Source: a virus
Taxonomy: Duplodnaviria > Caudoviricetes
Virus record (IMG/VR): IMGVR_UViG_3300032290_001137
Location: 1 to 25,801 of that record
Strand: one strand, 5' to 3'
Length of the DNA: 25,801 nt
Position 1 is the first letter of the stretch; every line of letters begins with the position of its first letter. The notes under the pieces were generated by a model. It had not been told where the DNA came from, made no database searches, and saw only the letters and a program-made list of their open reading frames with translations. Below are positions 18,401 through 25,801 of this stretch, piece by piece. Made by a program: the position numbers and the translations under genes.

Positions 18401-21400
18401 CCAATAGCATCCATTATCAACTTTGGCAGTATGACATTAGATACATGGTTATTTGCTTGACGTTGGAAATCCCTGTAAATCGCAGGGTCAGCCATAACAC
18501 GATTTCGTACTTGCGTACTTGGCTTGTCAATTGCTGCGTAATATAAGAAGTCTAATCCTAACGCTCGTAACCGTTCTTCAACATTAGCATTTTCTGTATC
18601 ACGGGTACGAACAATTTCGTTGCGAACCTCATTAAGCGCGTATTCGTAATTTGCTTTACTTTCCCAGAAAGAATCAAGCGCCTTGGAGAATCCAGCTTCA
18701 ACAATTGCTGCACGTGCGCCTTCGGCTCCAACAGCGCCTAATGCCCGGCCAAGTCTGACTTGCACGTCCAGTGATGCACCACTCAAAGCTTGCATCTGCC
18801 ATACATTTTCAACGTAAGGCGTTGCATGTGGTGCAATGCCACGCATTAAGTGCGCCTCAGCTTTTGCGTCACGCTCTGTACGTGCATCTGGCTGAATATT
18901 AAGTGAAGAGATAGCTCGCTTATACGCAGTGTCTACCGACACAGGTTGTGTACTACGGAAGATGATTTGATTCATGCGCCGTGCAATTGCACGTGTTGTA
19001 GCAGCTTTTTGAATAGACCTAGCAGATGTTTGTGCTTGCACTGAAATCTGATCTGTGAGATCAGCAATTGTGTATAGCGTGTCCAAGAATGCTGTATCGC
19101 CGTATAGACTTGCAACACGATGCATATAGACAATACTCTTGTTATCACCAGACTGTGAGTCATCGTATAAAGAAACAAGAGTATCCAATACAGTTTCAAC
19201 ATCTTGGTTAGTAGCAGCCCAACTAATTAAGCCAGCCTTAACAGCTGCCGGAAGTGATGTTGCATCACGAACGTACTTCTGTACGATGCCAAATAAATCT
19301 TCACCGTTGGCATCACGTATTAATTGCTGTACTTGCACTGCGTTTTTAGCAGTGACATATACCGCCATCTCTTCCTCATCGGAAAGAGCACGTTTCCATG
19401 GTCGTAGCGTAGGTGCAGATTCAGATGGAACAAATTCATTTAATCGTTTTTGTAAATCTGCGCGATCATGATGAATGTCCACTATCAATTGATCTACAGG
19501 AGCAGCGTAACTAATACCTTCAGGGTCAGTTAATAACTTAACTGTAGCCAAGCGCCCATCAGTCTGAATAACAACGGCTCGTTGCGTATCGCCAGCGTTT
19601 GTGTTGTTAGTGAAGTTACCGACGACAACATCTCCAAGTTGAATCTCTGCGTCCTGCGTAAGTGTTCCATCTTCTGCGTATCGATAAGCAAGTTTCTCGC
19701 CAGCTGTATTTAAGGCGAGCGACTCAGCAACAGCAGTACGTAATATGTCACCCTTTAGTGCATCGGGTAAATCAGACTCTAGGATTGACTCAGCCAACTC
19801 AATCTGTGGTTGATCCATCAGTATGCGAGTAGGTACTCCCATATTGTTAATATCAATATCGATGTATCCCTCGCCATTATTGACTGCAATCCGAGCCTGT
19901 CGTAACGTTCGTGTATTTAGTGTCTCAGGGCTTCTATCAATATCTCTCGAACGCATTGGCTGCTTTGTGCGCACAGTGCTGTCTCTAATCGGTTGCACAT
20001 ATACAGATCCATCAACAAGTTGAAAGACACCAAGTGGGTTAACTGCACCAAATGTAGAAATCAATCGGCCATTTACTTCACGGACACCATTGCCACCAGA
20101 TGTGTACGCAACTCGATCAGGAAAATCTTGGCTCTCATAGAAATCCGGAATGTCGGTTGATTCTGCCTGATTTGTGTTCAGTGCTTCAAGAATAGGAGAT
20201 ACAACCGTTGCAAACTTTGGATTCTGTTCAGCCAGTTCACGAGCAACCTCCGTGCTAGGCATAATGATTTCCGTTGTTTCGCCAGTGGACTGATTGTACT
20301 GCTTTACAATAACGCCACCGTCAGGTCTAAAACCAGCAATGGTTCTGGTATTTGACCTGTCTGCGGTTGTCCACTTGTTACCTGTAAGAGGATTTAAAAT
20401 GTCTGGACTTTTCTGCAGAATATCAATCAATGCCTCTGCGGTAAACAGTCGCTTGTTTGCTGTGTGTCCAGACGAACTTACGTCAATTAAGTCGGACATA
20501 TCTTGATCGCCACGTACGATTTCCGCAGACCTGAATGTGTGACCCGATGCCGACCTATGACTGTTGTAGGCAATGTACTGAGGAGTTCCGTCTGGAGCAT
20601 CTTCTATGCGCACAGCAAAGAATTTGGGTGCTGCAGATTCTTGAGTCTCCTGCACCTCTGGCTGTACTGCCTCTGTTGGTTGTTCTGCAACACTTGCTTG
20701 CATCTCTTTAAGGATTTGCGCTTGAACATCGTTAATCTGACGTGCTCTATCACGAGGGTTCATGATGTATAGCATTGGGTCGATTTGTATAGATGTCAGC
20801 GGATTGCCGTCAGCATGCGCATTATCATCACCCTTTTTGCGCATACTGCGAATTAAATTGTCAACACGAGCTTGTGTAACCTCGGAAGACTCGTGCTCGA
20901 TACCTCGCCCAGTTGCAATACCTAGGAACATTGACTCAAGGGCATGCTGCGGTAATGCTTTGCCACCACGCAGTAGCTCCATAGCTACTGGCTTGTTGCG
21001 CCGGTATATTTCTGACACAACACGTTTAATATCATCAGGGTGAGCATCTTGTCCGTTATTCAACTCCTGAAAACGCTTGTTAATAACAGACGCTCGCCAA
21101 TCCCCACCATCAACAAATTCCTTAGCTATGAAATATGCCTGAGCATTCATATCCATATTGCCAGTGATTGGCTTACCCTTAAAGTTAGGAGCCAGTAGTG
21201 GTCCGAGCTTAGCGTGTGGTCGCATTGCACCAAACGTCATGACTGCTGCGCGGCTAATATCTAATGCAGTTGGCTGGTTGTAAATCTTGTTTCCGTTTTC
21301 ATCGACAGCATTATCAGTAGCCGCTCGGTAGGACTGTGCGATTGGAGTAAACGTATTGTTTAAAGCAAATGCCGCGTCAGGGCCGACTGCACCAATAAGT

Positions 21401-22917
21401 TCAGCCTTTTGACGAGCGAGCTTCATACCTGCTTGAGCGAACTTACCGGGCTGGGCAGCATTGGCCCTAGACAGCATGCGACTTACTTGATATAGCTTCT
21501 TTGCATCTGTGTAAAATCCAGCAGTACCACTGCCAAACATACCAAGCGTCATCAAAGTGCTACTTACACCATATGGGTCAGTCTGTTGTTTTAATGCTGC
21601 GTCTTGCTGTTGATAGTCAACAGGATTACCATACTGATCTTTACCGACTAATGGAACATTCTTTGTCACCATCTCAAGTGGCGATGACGCCAATTCAACT
21701 TGCCTATTTATATTCTCGCGAGTACGTTCATCTGCACCTAATGCGCCAGCAACTTGTCCGGGAATACCAGCTGTACCCGCAGCACTTACAGCGCCGGGAA
21801 TCAAACTACCAGCTGTCTGAGCAGCTTTGTGTTGAATGAGATTCTTTGTGACCGGTTGCAATGCTTTTGCAAACGCAGACCCAGTAACATTCATTAAGCC
21901 TAGTGATGCGCCAAGTGTAGCTGCTTGACTGAGGGACTCAACTGCACCAAGACGGATAGCCTGACGAGTCAAGTTGTCTGAATCACCAGTGCGCTCGCCA
22001 TACCAACTCATTAATCCTAATGTGTCATGGACATCATCTGATTGTTGAGGAGTCATTCCTTGTAATTGGCCAATATATCTACCAAAGGTATACTTTCCGG
22101 CCTCTCCGCCAAATACAAATGGTGCTGCTAAAAACTGTTCTGTGCCAGCAGATGTGCCATACATGCTCTCAAGAAACATGTTTGACTTACCAGACTCTTC
22201 TGCGCCCTGATAGTATTTGCGCTCATTTTCATCCATAAACTTGTATGCTTCATCAAGCATTGGATTTACTAACGAGCCAACTTTTGTCACACTCTTAATG
22301 GCACCAAGGCCAAATCCGGCTGCTGCACCAAGCGTGCCGGATAACATCGACCCAACTTCCTCGTTGGACTTAACTAGATCTGGTTTATCTAATGCCTTAT
22401 ACTTGCGCTTCAGTTCTTCCCTACGAGCCAAACGAGCATGCTCAATAGACAGTTCATCTTCTTCTGGTAAGAATTGACGACCAATAACCTGCTTTCGTCC
22501 AGATACAATGTTCTTACGTCCAAATGCATCTGTTTTTACAGAACGCAATTTATGCGCTTGCACAAGCCTAGATGAGATAAGGTTGTTTATCCTTTTATAT
22601 TCATCTACACTTATGTAGCCATTCTTAAGACCATCTGCTAGGTCTTGGTCATCACTAGTAATGCCTTCAGTCTTCCACTTATTGGTAGATAACTTAGTAA
22701 CCATAGGTTGGAAAGTGTCACGCCTATATGACGACTTAGCACGATCGTGCTCAATCTCTTCTTGTGGTTTTGGTGACTTATCACCATAATCAACAGCCTG
22801 TTCAAAATATGATCGTCGCTTGCTCTTCTTTGGTAATTTAGCAAGTGCTGCCTTTTCCTTAGCTTGAGCAGCACGAGCGGTTTCTAACTGTAATCCGTAG
22901 GAAGGTTTTTGTGGCAT
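9445..22917 (-). CDS. Giant (4490 aa) internal virion / ejection polyvalent protein with zincin metallopeptidase motif
   Basis: Uninterrupted 13.5-kb ORF; last and largest of three ejection-like genes; Gly/Ala hydrophobic helices near the N-terminus; TLAHEMSH plus downstream HEIFA; helical C-terminus like other large phage ejection proteins. Confidence 0.8.
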   Translation of the reverse strand: MPQKPSYGLQLETARAAQAKEKAALAKLPKKSKRRSYFEQAVDYGDKSPKPQEEIEHDRAKSSYRRDTFQPMVTKLSTNKWKTEGITSDDQDLADGLKNGYISVDEYKRINNLISSRLVQAHKLRSVKTDAFGRKNIVSGRKQVIGRQFLPEEDELSIEHARLARREELKRKYKALDKPDLVKSNEEVGSMLSGTLGAAAGFGLGAIKSVTKVGSLVNPMLDEAYKFMDENERKYYQGAEESGKSNMFLESMYGTSAGTEQFLAAPFVFGGEAGKYTFGRYIGQLQGMTPQQSDDVHDTLGLMSWYGERTGDSDNLTRQAIRLGAVESLSQAATLGASLGLMNVTGSAFAKALQPVTKNLIQHKAAQTAGSLIPGAVSAAGTAGIPGQVAGALGADERTRENINRQVELASSPLEMVTKNVPLVGKDQYGNPVDYQQQDAALKQQTDPYGVSSTLMTLGMFGSGTAGFYTDAKKLYQVSRMLSRANAAQPGKFAQAGMKLARQKAELIGAVGPDAAFALNNTFTPIAQSYRAATDNAVDENGNKIYNQPTALDISRAAVMTFGAMRPHAKLGPLLAPNFKGKPITGNMDMNAQAYFIAKEFVDGGDWRASVINKRFQELNNGQDAHPDDIKRVVSEIYRRNKPVAMELLRGGKALPQHALESMFLGIATGRGIEHESSEVTQARVDNLIRSMRKKGDDNAHADGNPLTSIQIDPMLYIMNPRDRARQINDVQAQILKEMQASVAEQPTEAVQPEVQETQESAAPKFFAVRIEDAPDGTPQYIAYNSHRSASGHTFRSAEIVRGDQDMSDLIDVSSSGHTANKRLFTAEALIDILQKSPDILNPLTGNKWTTADRSNTRTIAGFRPDGGVIVKQYNQSTGETTEIIMPSTEVARELAEQNPKFATVVSPILEALNTNQAESTDIPDFYESQDFPDRVAYTSGGNGVREVNGRLISTFGAVNPLGVFQLVDGSVYVQPIRDSTVRTKQPMRSRDIDRSPETLNTRTLRQARIAVNNGEGYIDIDINNMGVPTRILMDQPQIELAESILESDLPDALKGDILRTAVAESLALNTAGEKLAYRYAEDGTLTQDAEIQLGDVVVGNFTNNTNAGDTQRAVVIQTDGRLATVKLLTDPEGISYAAPVDQLIVDIHHDRADLQKRLNEFVPSESAPTLRPWKRALSDEEEMAVYVTAKNAVQVQQLIRDANGEDLFGIVQKYVRDATSLPAAVKAGLISWAATNQDVETVLDTLVSLYDDSQSGDNKSIVYMHRVASLYGDTAFLDTLYTIADLTDQISVQAQTSARSIQKAATTRAIARRMNQIIFRSTQPVSVDTAYKRAISSLNIQPDARTERDAKAEAHLMRGIAPHATPYVENVWQMQALSGASLDVQVRLGRALGAVGAEGARAAIVEAGFSKALDSFWESKANYEYALNEVRNEIVRTRDTENANVEERLRALGLDFLYYAAIDKPSTQVRNRVMADPAIYRDFQRQANNHVSNVILPKLIMDAIGESVNDQTFLGADITGAPHETNKLSFLEVLASYGTEIQNLVDKSEIANDSKIDILDALRNLQSQIETDGAAAKRVANYRGNNITGELDLTLKDGDTIVNIPVVDSMIAIDEVVNELMTHAVVDETVSASRTNKDEVALDTIDTATEEGIKQARALVADELRKTAQFAKVVNYLKLFDINGVSAHVNAYAGPELAELKAKAEETKQLKIQGLATQAELDDAYAKYNNLNRETFLRAFSFFDTLLTAAQRIEMLYVNGDAPVFSDALDRLMYAYQDVKSVYTNPDAKRLFSSQASLGGVDVYGGKIIRQSGEDGSDATEEQNIANRSDANIDLDQVKVLYRMRAQVKNDTKLTRPEREARLAEIDGAIAEYKKAAADEQVGAEVDLDKVFIAALDNFNKSINDLPSVLYNKYTNANEDILAMQLVIMKDLMAAMSKDWHSGIAGERSMRYSLGVGRDIKRLSRIQENTMSFYNDIQKAGDVSISSENGEITLTLFGQQHDIESNAEFNARVDRMNESRTKIEPNPTVDDAVFTANAIDGDLAEFVGSDPAVTVHALSSDNGFGGMAKNEDVAKSQSTIYAMHARNFTGMRKLLRQMLANEFGTTLESQRDDVIQMASDPQFSNIDVAMVVNPSRDVDIEKLDLTNPFVARALRTGWAARLANSFTDMVKRGINIEGIQYTSTRADEKVINNIAKRVSDYIAGVDSGTLKTIAHELNMIAQNELQARGVRTTPYLEAFARIFNTDGIINTFSLSDNTGRFGSWSKGSVDVPLQIASTITALQSHKTHAVVFNHGRYGRESVFSTPEADGLDTVSPATAKMMFDLYNSLDLSSYSDAQKAQLQDIKNAYAMRMRDEGLKAATSIAKDAALIDRMATGLAKLYDNFAYGYANDRIQYLLGSNNGQARAEVINGLRAVGVDEAIVQRFIAENNKSFASFLDSYAQGTVRTADVKDVVFPEEKLVAFRTYMLARGRQDYYLNSGKVLFTTQKVMGLTNVAMRRQTSDRGVIYGAMSAFNSKTDRAVHRLMMIGSDMNVYRTAATLAHEMSHSLFYGVSDVNQLNLLDALVGSNAEILTKTEETGTHPLYPVVQQIEAARKYMAENGRLDLQDAWKDLKDVNGISLRDDWHPYAHEIFASGFLAQISKFAMPIANNAALSIDYDAAAIFQEIAGPLQAVWRSLARESPIDILRTVNGEFQQQWTSPIPVRTYTTGRGRTVQMPLLRMNDYVSFAVPNRGATEGSPYSKMYTPKEMLDYWYDSSFGEINHDYGYEHIVNGKRIFAPAQDADLVNELVGLDFSAGDKYWVLPRSPKDKINRKAGDEESEFQTWGKRYQGRIVDQVVYVEPKNLRGQYKTSFVGRELLTVKPYVSQKEHGGVDANGFFTTQLSLEARTSKSTDSVQQTRVDTPLRDIMYVVEVPATVYMRKNGKLISKSTNMRMLVNAEGFMDQDGTVGARLHGYSGDYNPKFAAVLYDMNHRINAMQTAILNHQDYTEQVRLEKLLTTGRASDFARARPQSQSAADRISAYYADQYKHVRAAGVDMRASMTVGRASVEADLTDFLIDNGHVNEYGGLTESGWNFIDGLRQNAFNSMGAFIFQNGLFRQSLGRDMNTFGSSVKYDENTNEYYLDNTTPEYQGMALFFDALENAFAIKGMDVDQQNEFAYQLFSAFSRPLDVAAGQRLTRADRKKSAIDRINEVFDAFNEGLPEEAQINTSYVIDNGEKQVVSNVIDSLEFVMRGGQVGDFVTDINTTALMDIMDVIKSGQEYRFGSGYYETTGSSYVLSRVRDVVFGRNNKVAYNNFMKALASPDPAVNEPAMQLMYATSHILDLQEREINSARYLWNSEFSLPVNAFNKNGAVIIQHKSGAQFEVDLSNNQARPIVQDALNPLQNIYGDVLGNRYPVTNPESRNRFIYASSVSSDAIDINSLRPIEAQSYLQNGEVTIVRNTALHDDSLPQSFYVYRIMTPKKAKENNPKRYKDVDPQTVPFVVELRTNPYKSMVLDENTGARRSVQEYRQQSVSHLIELAANAFFNDGSPETHDRIAQLRKNTIVPREIYIAKMLVAQQQHNDATRIPESWRKNMRDNYRVSEITHPLENENIKITQSATINNARKGTWLSSGEIPESDVQPWNDYEMELLNSLEEFDPEYANDPEAVQNFREQRYNDMAEYMSRAETPEQVIIKRDGVNNQVGIAVEGKDLYMSIPDADYDTVMNWLYSAAPTPRPHPKITRETLYALRYAHIPGKNKLMRAAGILFTEALSLRNSQLLSRDFARPFIQNFLLSLTPKNFAMQFYGLMALLPNGIDVRNMRFVGNSFMTKMASGLLGHKRHTAFGDKGYHRVIDGLFARYGTPGQSIGTGIPFVNKRTVRGKYEKPLISGLPSTRRSYTIADLNDLGLSTQYGEWFEAASAMKALNPNLDLQDIPIQLSQSEYVGKGVLAQRIPLVGMAERAGVASTDILRIKEMLEYCAMVDQNLTSFGSEGATEAQMEYQATLAKRAMARMLNNLSGTPTGNDPFLHPKLRDTYHVASSIYTAPNWGSALMNLAIVPGLAKLMVGAAVNKALEPIVRRANNGIGYNIIDVGPQARFFNDLVFSTTARGVGYHTPGVRFLWTMAKGLLATYAMHSLLSSAYVQQTRAALMQRVSPQAAQVQNWMTADQLISQSEKADPFTVEEQPFFSFDRKWGRVATVGDAQINYPASVTGFHKYVTLPIYEINDKLNEGQSVVGAIGSTLFDVGFVKRLNPLFGDVVSQYTGQQFFGEASNQEHPGWTYYLANEAAIDKEIIGTPLYLELKAAKLMHSRGMSRFSANQQNLQLQNALKDFESMQYRKGVERGAPFDPNVYNLRLSAFGRLIGVENRYKNKYIDDIAAKKVSDKFNVGYVTSEMRKYQYDYPNAFDMVGKYGLSSLITGIPGSGVLEDNQPIPYPMLPTQQVIDMSTRQDERLKERLRGKMNPKFKPFSQDEVKRIEINNEIDQGMRDIELERQRRRDRDE

Positions 22918-22922
22918 AAACG

Positions 22923-22953
22923 ATTATAACCTTTTTACTGCGAATTAATCCAA
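22923..22953 (-). promoter_or_regulatory. Possible sigma70-type promoter directly before the giant gene
   Basis: TTGGAT-19 nt-TATAAT on the - strand; the TATAAT ends 5 nt before the ATG. Confidence 0.3.
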
Positions 22954-24557
22954 GCCATCACCGACTTGTACTGTTCTGCATTTTTCCCATCTTTGTAATC
23001 AGGTAGATTATTTACATATTTCTTTAAGTCCTCTTTTGCCTTAGCCGACGCAATATTTCTAACTTGGCCTAAAGCAAATGTTTTCGCTGCTATTTGCTGT
23101 GGTGTGCCAGCAATAGTTGCTTTTTGATTAGCTAATAAACTGCGAGAAACGGCTGCACGGTTATTGAAAAATGCAGCTAAAATTCGAGGCGGAACATTAA
23201 TTGCATTAGGATCTCCTCCAAATAAATTAGCTAATTCATCCGGCGCTGGAGCTTTTGCTAATGCCTTACCCATAACTTCATCTCCAGCTACGCCATCCGA
23301 CACTTCACCTAACGTTTCCTTATATGTGTCACGAGCAATTAAAAATTCTGGCGCAGTTGACAGATTAGTTCCTGACGTACCTTTATGCGCTGCTTCGTAT
23401 TTAATTTCAGCGTTCTTAAAAATCTGCGCCCTACGTGCTTCAAAGTCTTCTCGCTGAGCCTCAATTAATTTAAGTGCTGTAGCGTGTCGTAAGTCAATAC
23501 CCCTCTGCGTTGCTTCATCAATATTAATGAATGGACGTATACCAGCAATAACTCTTTGTCGATCAACAGGGCTTAACCCTTGCAGCCAACTCTTACCATC
23601 TTTGCCAGTTTTTGGAATTACGTTATTTTTATCGTCAACGTCTACTGGCCAAAGTCTTTCATCTTCGCCAAATTGGTCTTTCAATACTTCCTTTGGTGAT
23701 GCAAATACAGACTTACCAGCGCCTATTTGCGCTTGAATCATCGCCTGTATTGGAATCATATTTTCTGAAACAAATTTATTGTAGTCAATGCCACCTGTAG
23801 GATTGACAATTTCACCTACCTTGTAATTAACAGCATTACCATATACGTCAGTAGCTGTCTGTGTACGCGTCGATAAACTAGGCAGTGCAAAATACGGAGT
23901 TGCTAAAGCGCCAAGATTATACTTTTCACCAGCTGTACGTATTGCATCACGATCGTCCTTAGTGAGTGGTGGCAAAGGAAGGTTTATAATGCCGTCAACA
24001 CTTATATCTCCACCTTGTTTTTGATTTGGATCAACAGTACCTCCGAATTGCTGTAAATATGGATTAATATCAGGCAATCCAGTAATTGCTTTTAATTCGG
24101 ATTGTAATCCACCAGATAAGTCTGCTTTACTTCTTTGAAATTGAGTAATTAATGTGCCAAGTGCCTGACGAGTAGCTGGATCGCGTGTTGATAATAACTT
24201 TCCAGTCAACTCGGCAATTTTTCCGTCGATATCAGTGCGGTCTTTTTTAAATTTTGTAACTAATGCAGTAGCATCCCTAACTGGCGCACCTAGGGCCGTA
24301 TCGGCTTCTAGTTTTCGTACAGGTGCTAATCGCTCTCTCTCTTTTCGTGCAAATTCCGCTTCTTCCGCAGCTCTGTCCGCAGCAGATTTTGCTATGTCAG
24401 CTTGTTGCTTCTGTAATCCAAACTGGCGTTCTTGCTCAAAGTCCTGTTGCTTTTGCTGCAGTAATTGCTCTCGGCGTTGATTTTGCTGTTCTTGTCCTTG
24501 TTGTAGACTCTGTAAAAAGCCGAGTAGTCCAAACGCAGAATTTTGTCCTAATTTCAT
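22935..24557 (-). CDS. Putative internal virion / ejection protein (540 aa, N-terminal coiled coil)
   Basis: N-terminal amphipathic segment then a Q/E/A-rich coiled coil; middle gene of the trio; AAGGA RBS. Confidence 0.65.
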   Translation of the reverse strand: MKLGQNSAFGLLGFLQSLQQGQEQQNQRREQLLQQKQQDFEQERQFGLQKQQADIAKSAADRAAEEAEFARKERERLAPVRKLEADTALGAPVRDATALVTKFKKDRTDIDGKIAELTGKLLSTRDPATRQALGTLITQFQRSKADLSGGLQSELKAITGLPDINPYLQQFGGTVDPNQKQGGDISVDGIINLPLPPLTKDDRDAIRTAGEKYNLGALATPYFALPSLSTRTQTATDVYGNAVNYKVGEIVNPTGGIDYNKFVSENMIPIQAMIQAQIGAGKSVFASPKEVLKDQFGEDERLWPVDVDDKNNVIPKTGKDGKSWLQGLSPVDRQRVIAGIRPFINIDEATQRGIDLRHATALKLIEAQREDFEARRAQIFKNAEIKYEAAHKGTSGTNLSTAPEFLIARDTYKETLGEVSDGVAGDEVMGKALAKAPAPDELANLFGGDPNAINVPPRILAAFFNNRAAVSRSLLANQKATIAGTPQQIAAKTFALGQVRNIASAKAKEDLKKYVNNLPDYKDGKNAEQYKSVMAWINSQ

Positions 24558-24568
24558 ACATTACGTCC

Positions 24569-25318
24569 TTATGTCATCATGTAAGGCTTATTAGCCTTTT
24601 TGAGATCAAATTCAGCTTGTCGTAATCCAAAATCACGGTCAGCGTTGCGCTGATTAATATACTGTCCACCAAGTGCGCCAAACTGGCTTGCAATCTGGTT
24701 ACGTTGATTTTGCAGGTTTGCATCCATTTCCATTTGCTGGTTGGCTTCGCCCATGTACTGGTTGTACGCATTATTAGCCATGCCGGATGCAGTGTTATAT
24801 CCTTGGTTAGCCATGCCCTGATATGAATTCATGCCTGTTCCAGCTAATCCAAGTGCTTGTTGTTTACGTGCGTCAGCACCCATTGCATATTGGACAGCGC
24901 CCTGAGACATGGCTTGAGAGATCGGATTATTGTAGAAATTATCCGTCATCATGTTATTGGTCATGCCACCGCCAAGATTTAACGCGTTACCCATTGAGTT
25001 GTAACGACCTTGGGCCTGTGCTGCATTAGCAGTAATGTTACCCATTTGTGCGCCAGTTGAACGCAGCATTGAGTTGGTAGCGTCAGGATTGTTTAGTCGC
25101 TCCATTTCGTTTTGTAAGCCACGCGAATACATACCTGAGAATTTATCTGCTTGACCTTGATTTTTTTGAGCCATTCCATACTGTTGGTTCTGTATGTTTT
25201 GATTAAACATACGTTGCTGGGACAACTGTGACTGATATGGATTAGTTTGCTTTTTAAATAAACCGCCAGCCATAGTTCCTAAGAACTGACTAGCCAAACC
25301 TACTGTCATTGGATCCAT
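24569..25318 (-). CDS. Putative DNA pilot / ejection protein (249 aa; T7 gp14 / P22 gp7-like composition)
   Basis: MDPMTVGLASQFLGTMAGGLF hydrophobic N-terminus; Q/N/G/A/M-rich low-complexity body; AGGAG RBS. Confidence 0.7.
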   Translation of the reverse strand: MDPMTVGLASQFLGTMAGGLFKKQTNPYQSQLSQQRMFNQNIQNQQYGMAQKNQGQADKFSGMYSRGLQNEMERLNNPDATNSMLRSTGAQMGNITANAAQAQGRYNSMGNALNLGGGMTNNMMTDNFYNNPISQAMSQGAVQYAMGADARKQQALGLAGTGMNSYQGMANQGYNTASGMANNAYNQYMGEANQQMEMDANLQNQRNQIASQFGALGGQYINQRNADRDFGLRQAEFDLKKANKPYMMT

Positions 25319-25327
25319 GTGTTTCTC

Positions 25328-25765
25328 CTACTGCAATACGTACCAAATTCCAGCACCGGCTGAATCGACCTGTGATACTAGTGTTACAGTTTCATACTGT
25401 GCTACCGGCCATGATTTTGCTGCAGCTTTGGCAAGTGTGTCACCTGATGCTGCTACAGCCGAAACTTGATTTGCGGTGGAATCTGTTTTGATTATATGGA
25501 TAAATTGCCCATTAGCATAGTATGCACGTGGCAATGTAATAACAATGGCAGCTCCAGACGCATTGGCGCTAACAATTAATTGACCAGTATCAACTGTCAG
25601 GCTAGACGACACAAACAATGGTGTATAGTTTGCTGGTGGGTACTCAGGAGGAAATGCTCCTGATTTTTGAACAGTAGCTTCAATAACACTGCTTTTACCC
25701 GGACCGGAGATAGTCCCAGGTTTTGGTGCTGGGCTTTGTGGCGCACCGCCACCAAATGTAGGCAT
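25328..25765 (-). CDS. Small virion structural / tail-associated beta protein (145 aa)
   Basis: ANASGAAIVITLP.A....G....IIKTDST.N.V pattern common in phage tail and fibre proteins; Pro/Gly-rich N-terminus. Confidence 0.6.
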   Translation of the reverse strand: MPTFGGGAPQSPAPKPGTISGPGKSSVIEATVQKSGAFPPEYPPANYTPLFVSSSLTVDTGQLIVSANASGAAIVITLPRAYYANGQFIHIIKTDSTANQVSAVAASGDTLAKAAAKSWPVAQYETVTLVSQVDSAGAGIWYVLQ

Positions 25766-25801
25766 TATCCTCTTCTCACCCCACTCTCTGTAGATATCAC
25801 G
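25765..25801 (-). CDS. 3' end of an upstream late gene (...VISTESGVRRG*)
   Basis: Open frame to the window edge; its TAA overlaps the ATG of the 145-aa gene. Confidence 0.45.
   Translation of the reverse strand, partial: VISTESGVRRG

Larger units (their letters stand above)
1..25801. mobile_element. Bacteriophage genome segment (probably podovirus-like morphology; convergent early and late arms)
   Basis: Dense coupled ORFs; phage-type recombination and replication genes on +; ejection-protein-like trio and CHAP lysin on -; no host housekeeping genes, integrase or att site visible. Confidence 0.93.

Noticed and set aside
9445-22917. Giant protein as a virion RNA polymerase (N4 or crAss type)
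   Set aside because: No DFDxD/NADFDGD motif and no convincing T7-type A/B/C motifs seen (YIDIDIN and ALHDDS are only superficial); not excluded without structure prediction
10053-25491. Many 60-125-aa alternative-frame and antisense ORFs in the late arm
   Set aside because: Shadows of long coding genes; no recognisable motifs
1-25801. CRISPR array, tRNA, intron/intein, DGR, stop-codon recoding
   Set aside because: No repeat-spacer units, cloverleafs, reverse transcriptase or intein motifs seen; DnaB is normal length; TAA, TAG and TGA all end genes at coherent boundaries

Overview
Segment of a tailed dsDNA bacteriophage genome (standard code 11) made of two convergent, tightly packed modules. 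On the + strand (1-8681) is an early/replication arm. It opens with a truncated Cys-rich Gp88/radical-SAM-like gene, several small very acidic ORFs and a DUF1281/YubB-like protein. It continues with a VRR-NUC nuclease, a Rad52/Sak-like annealing protein, a Mu Gam-like protein and an LmbU-like regulator, and ends in an HTH initiator / helicase loader / DnaB cassette. On the - strand (25801-8661) is a late/virion arm: a small structural protein, a podovirus-type trio of probable ejection proteins (249, 540 and 4490 aa), and a CHAP cell-wall hydrolase. The 4490-aa protein carries an HExxH...E zincin motif. Beyond the genes, the window shows near-total avoidance of CCWGG, GC-rich hairpins near the 5' ends of early genes, a two-hairpin attenuator-like element before the replication operon, a late-strand terminator inside dnaB, and an unannotated 36-aa membrane ORF. 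All family assignments come from recognising motifs by eye; no database searches were run.
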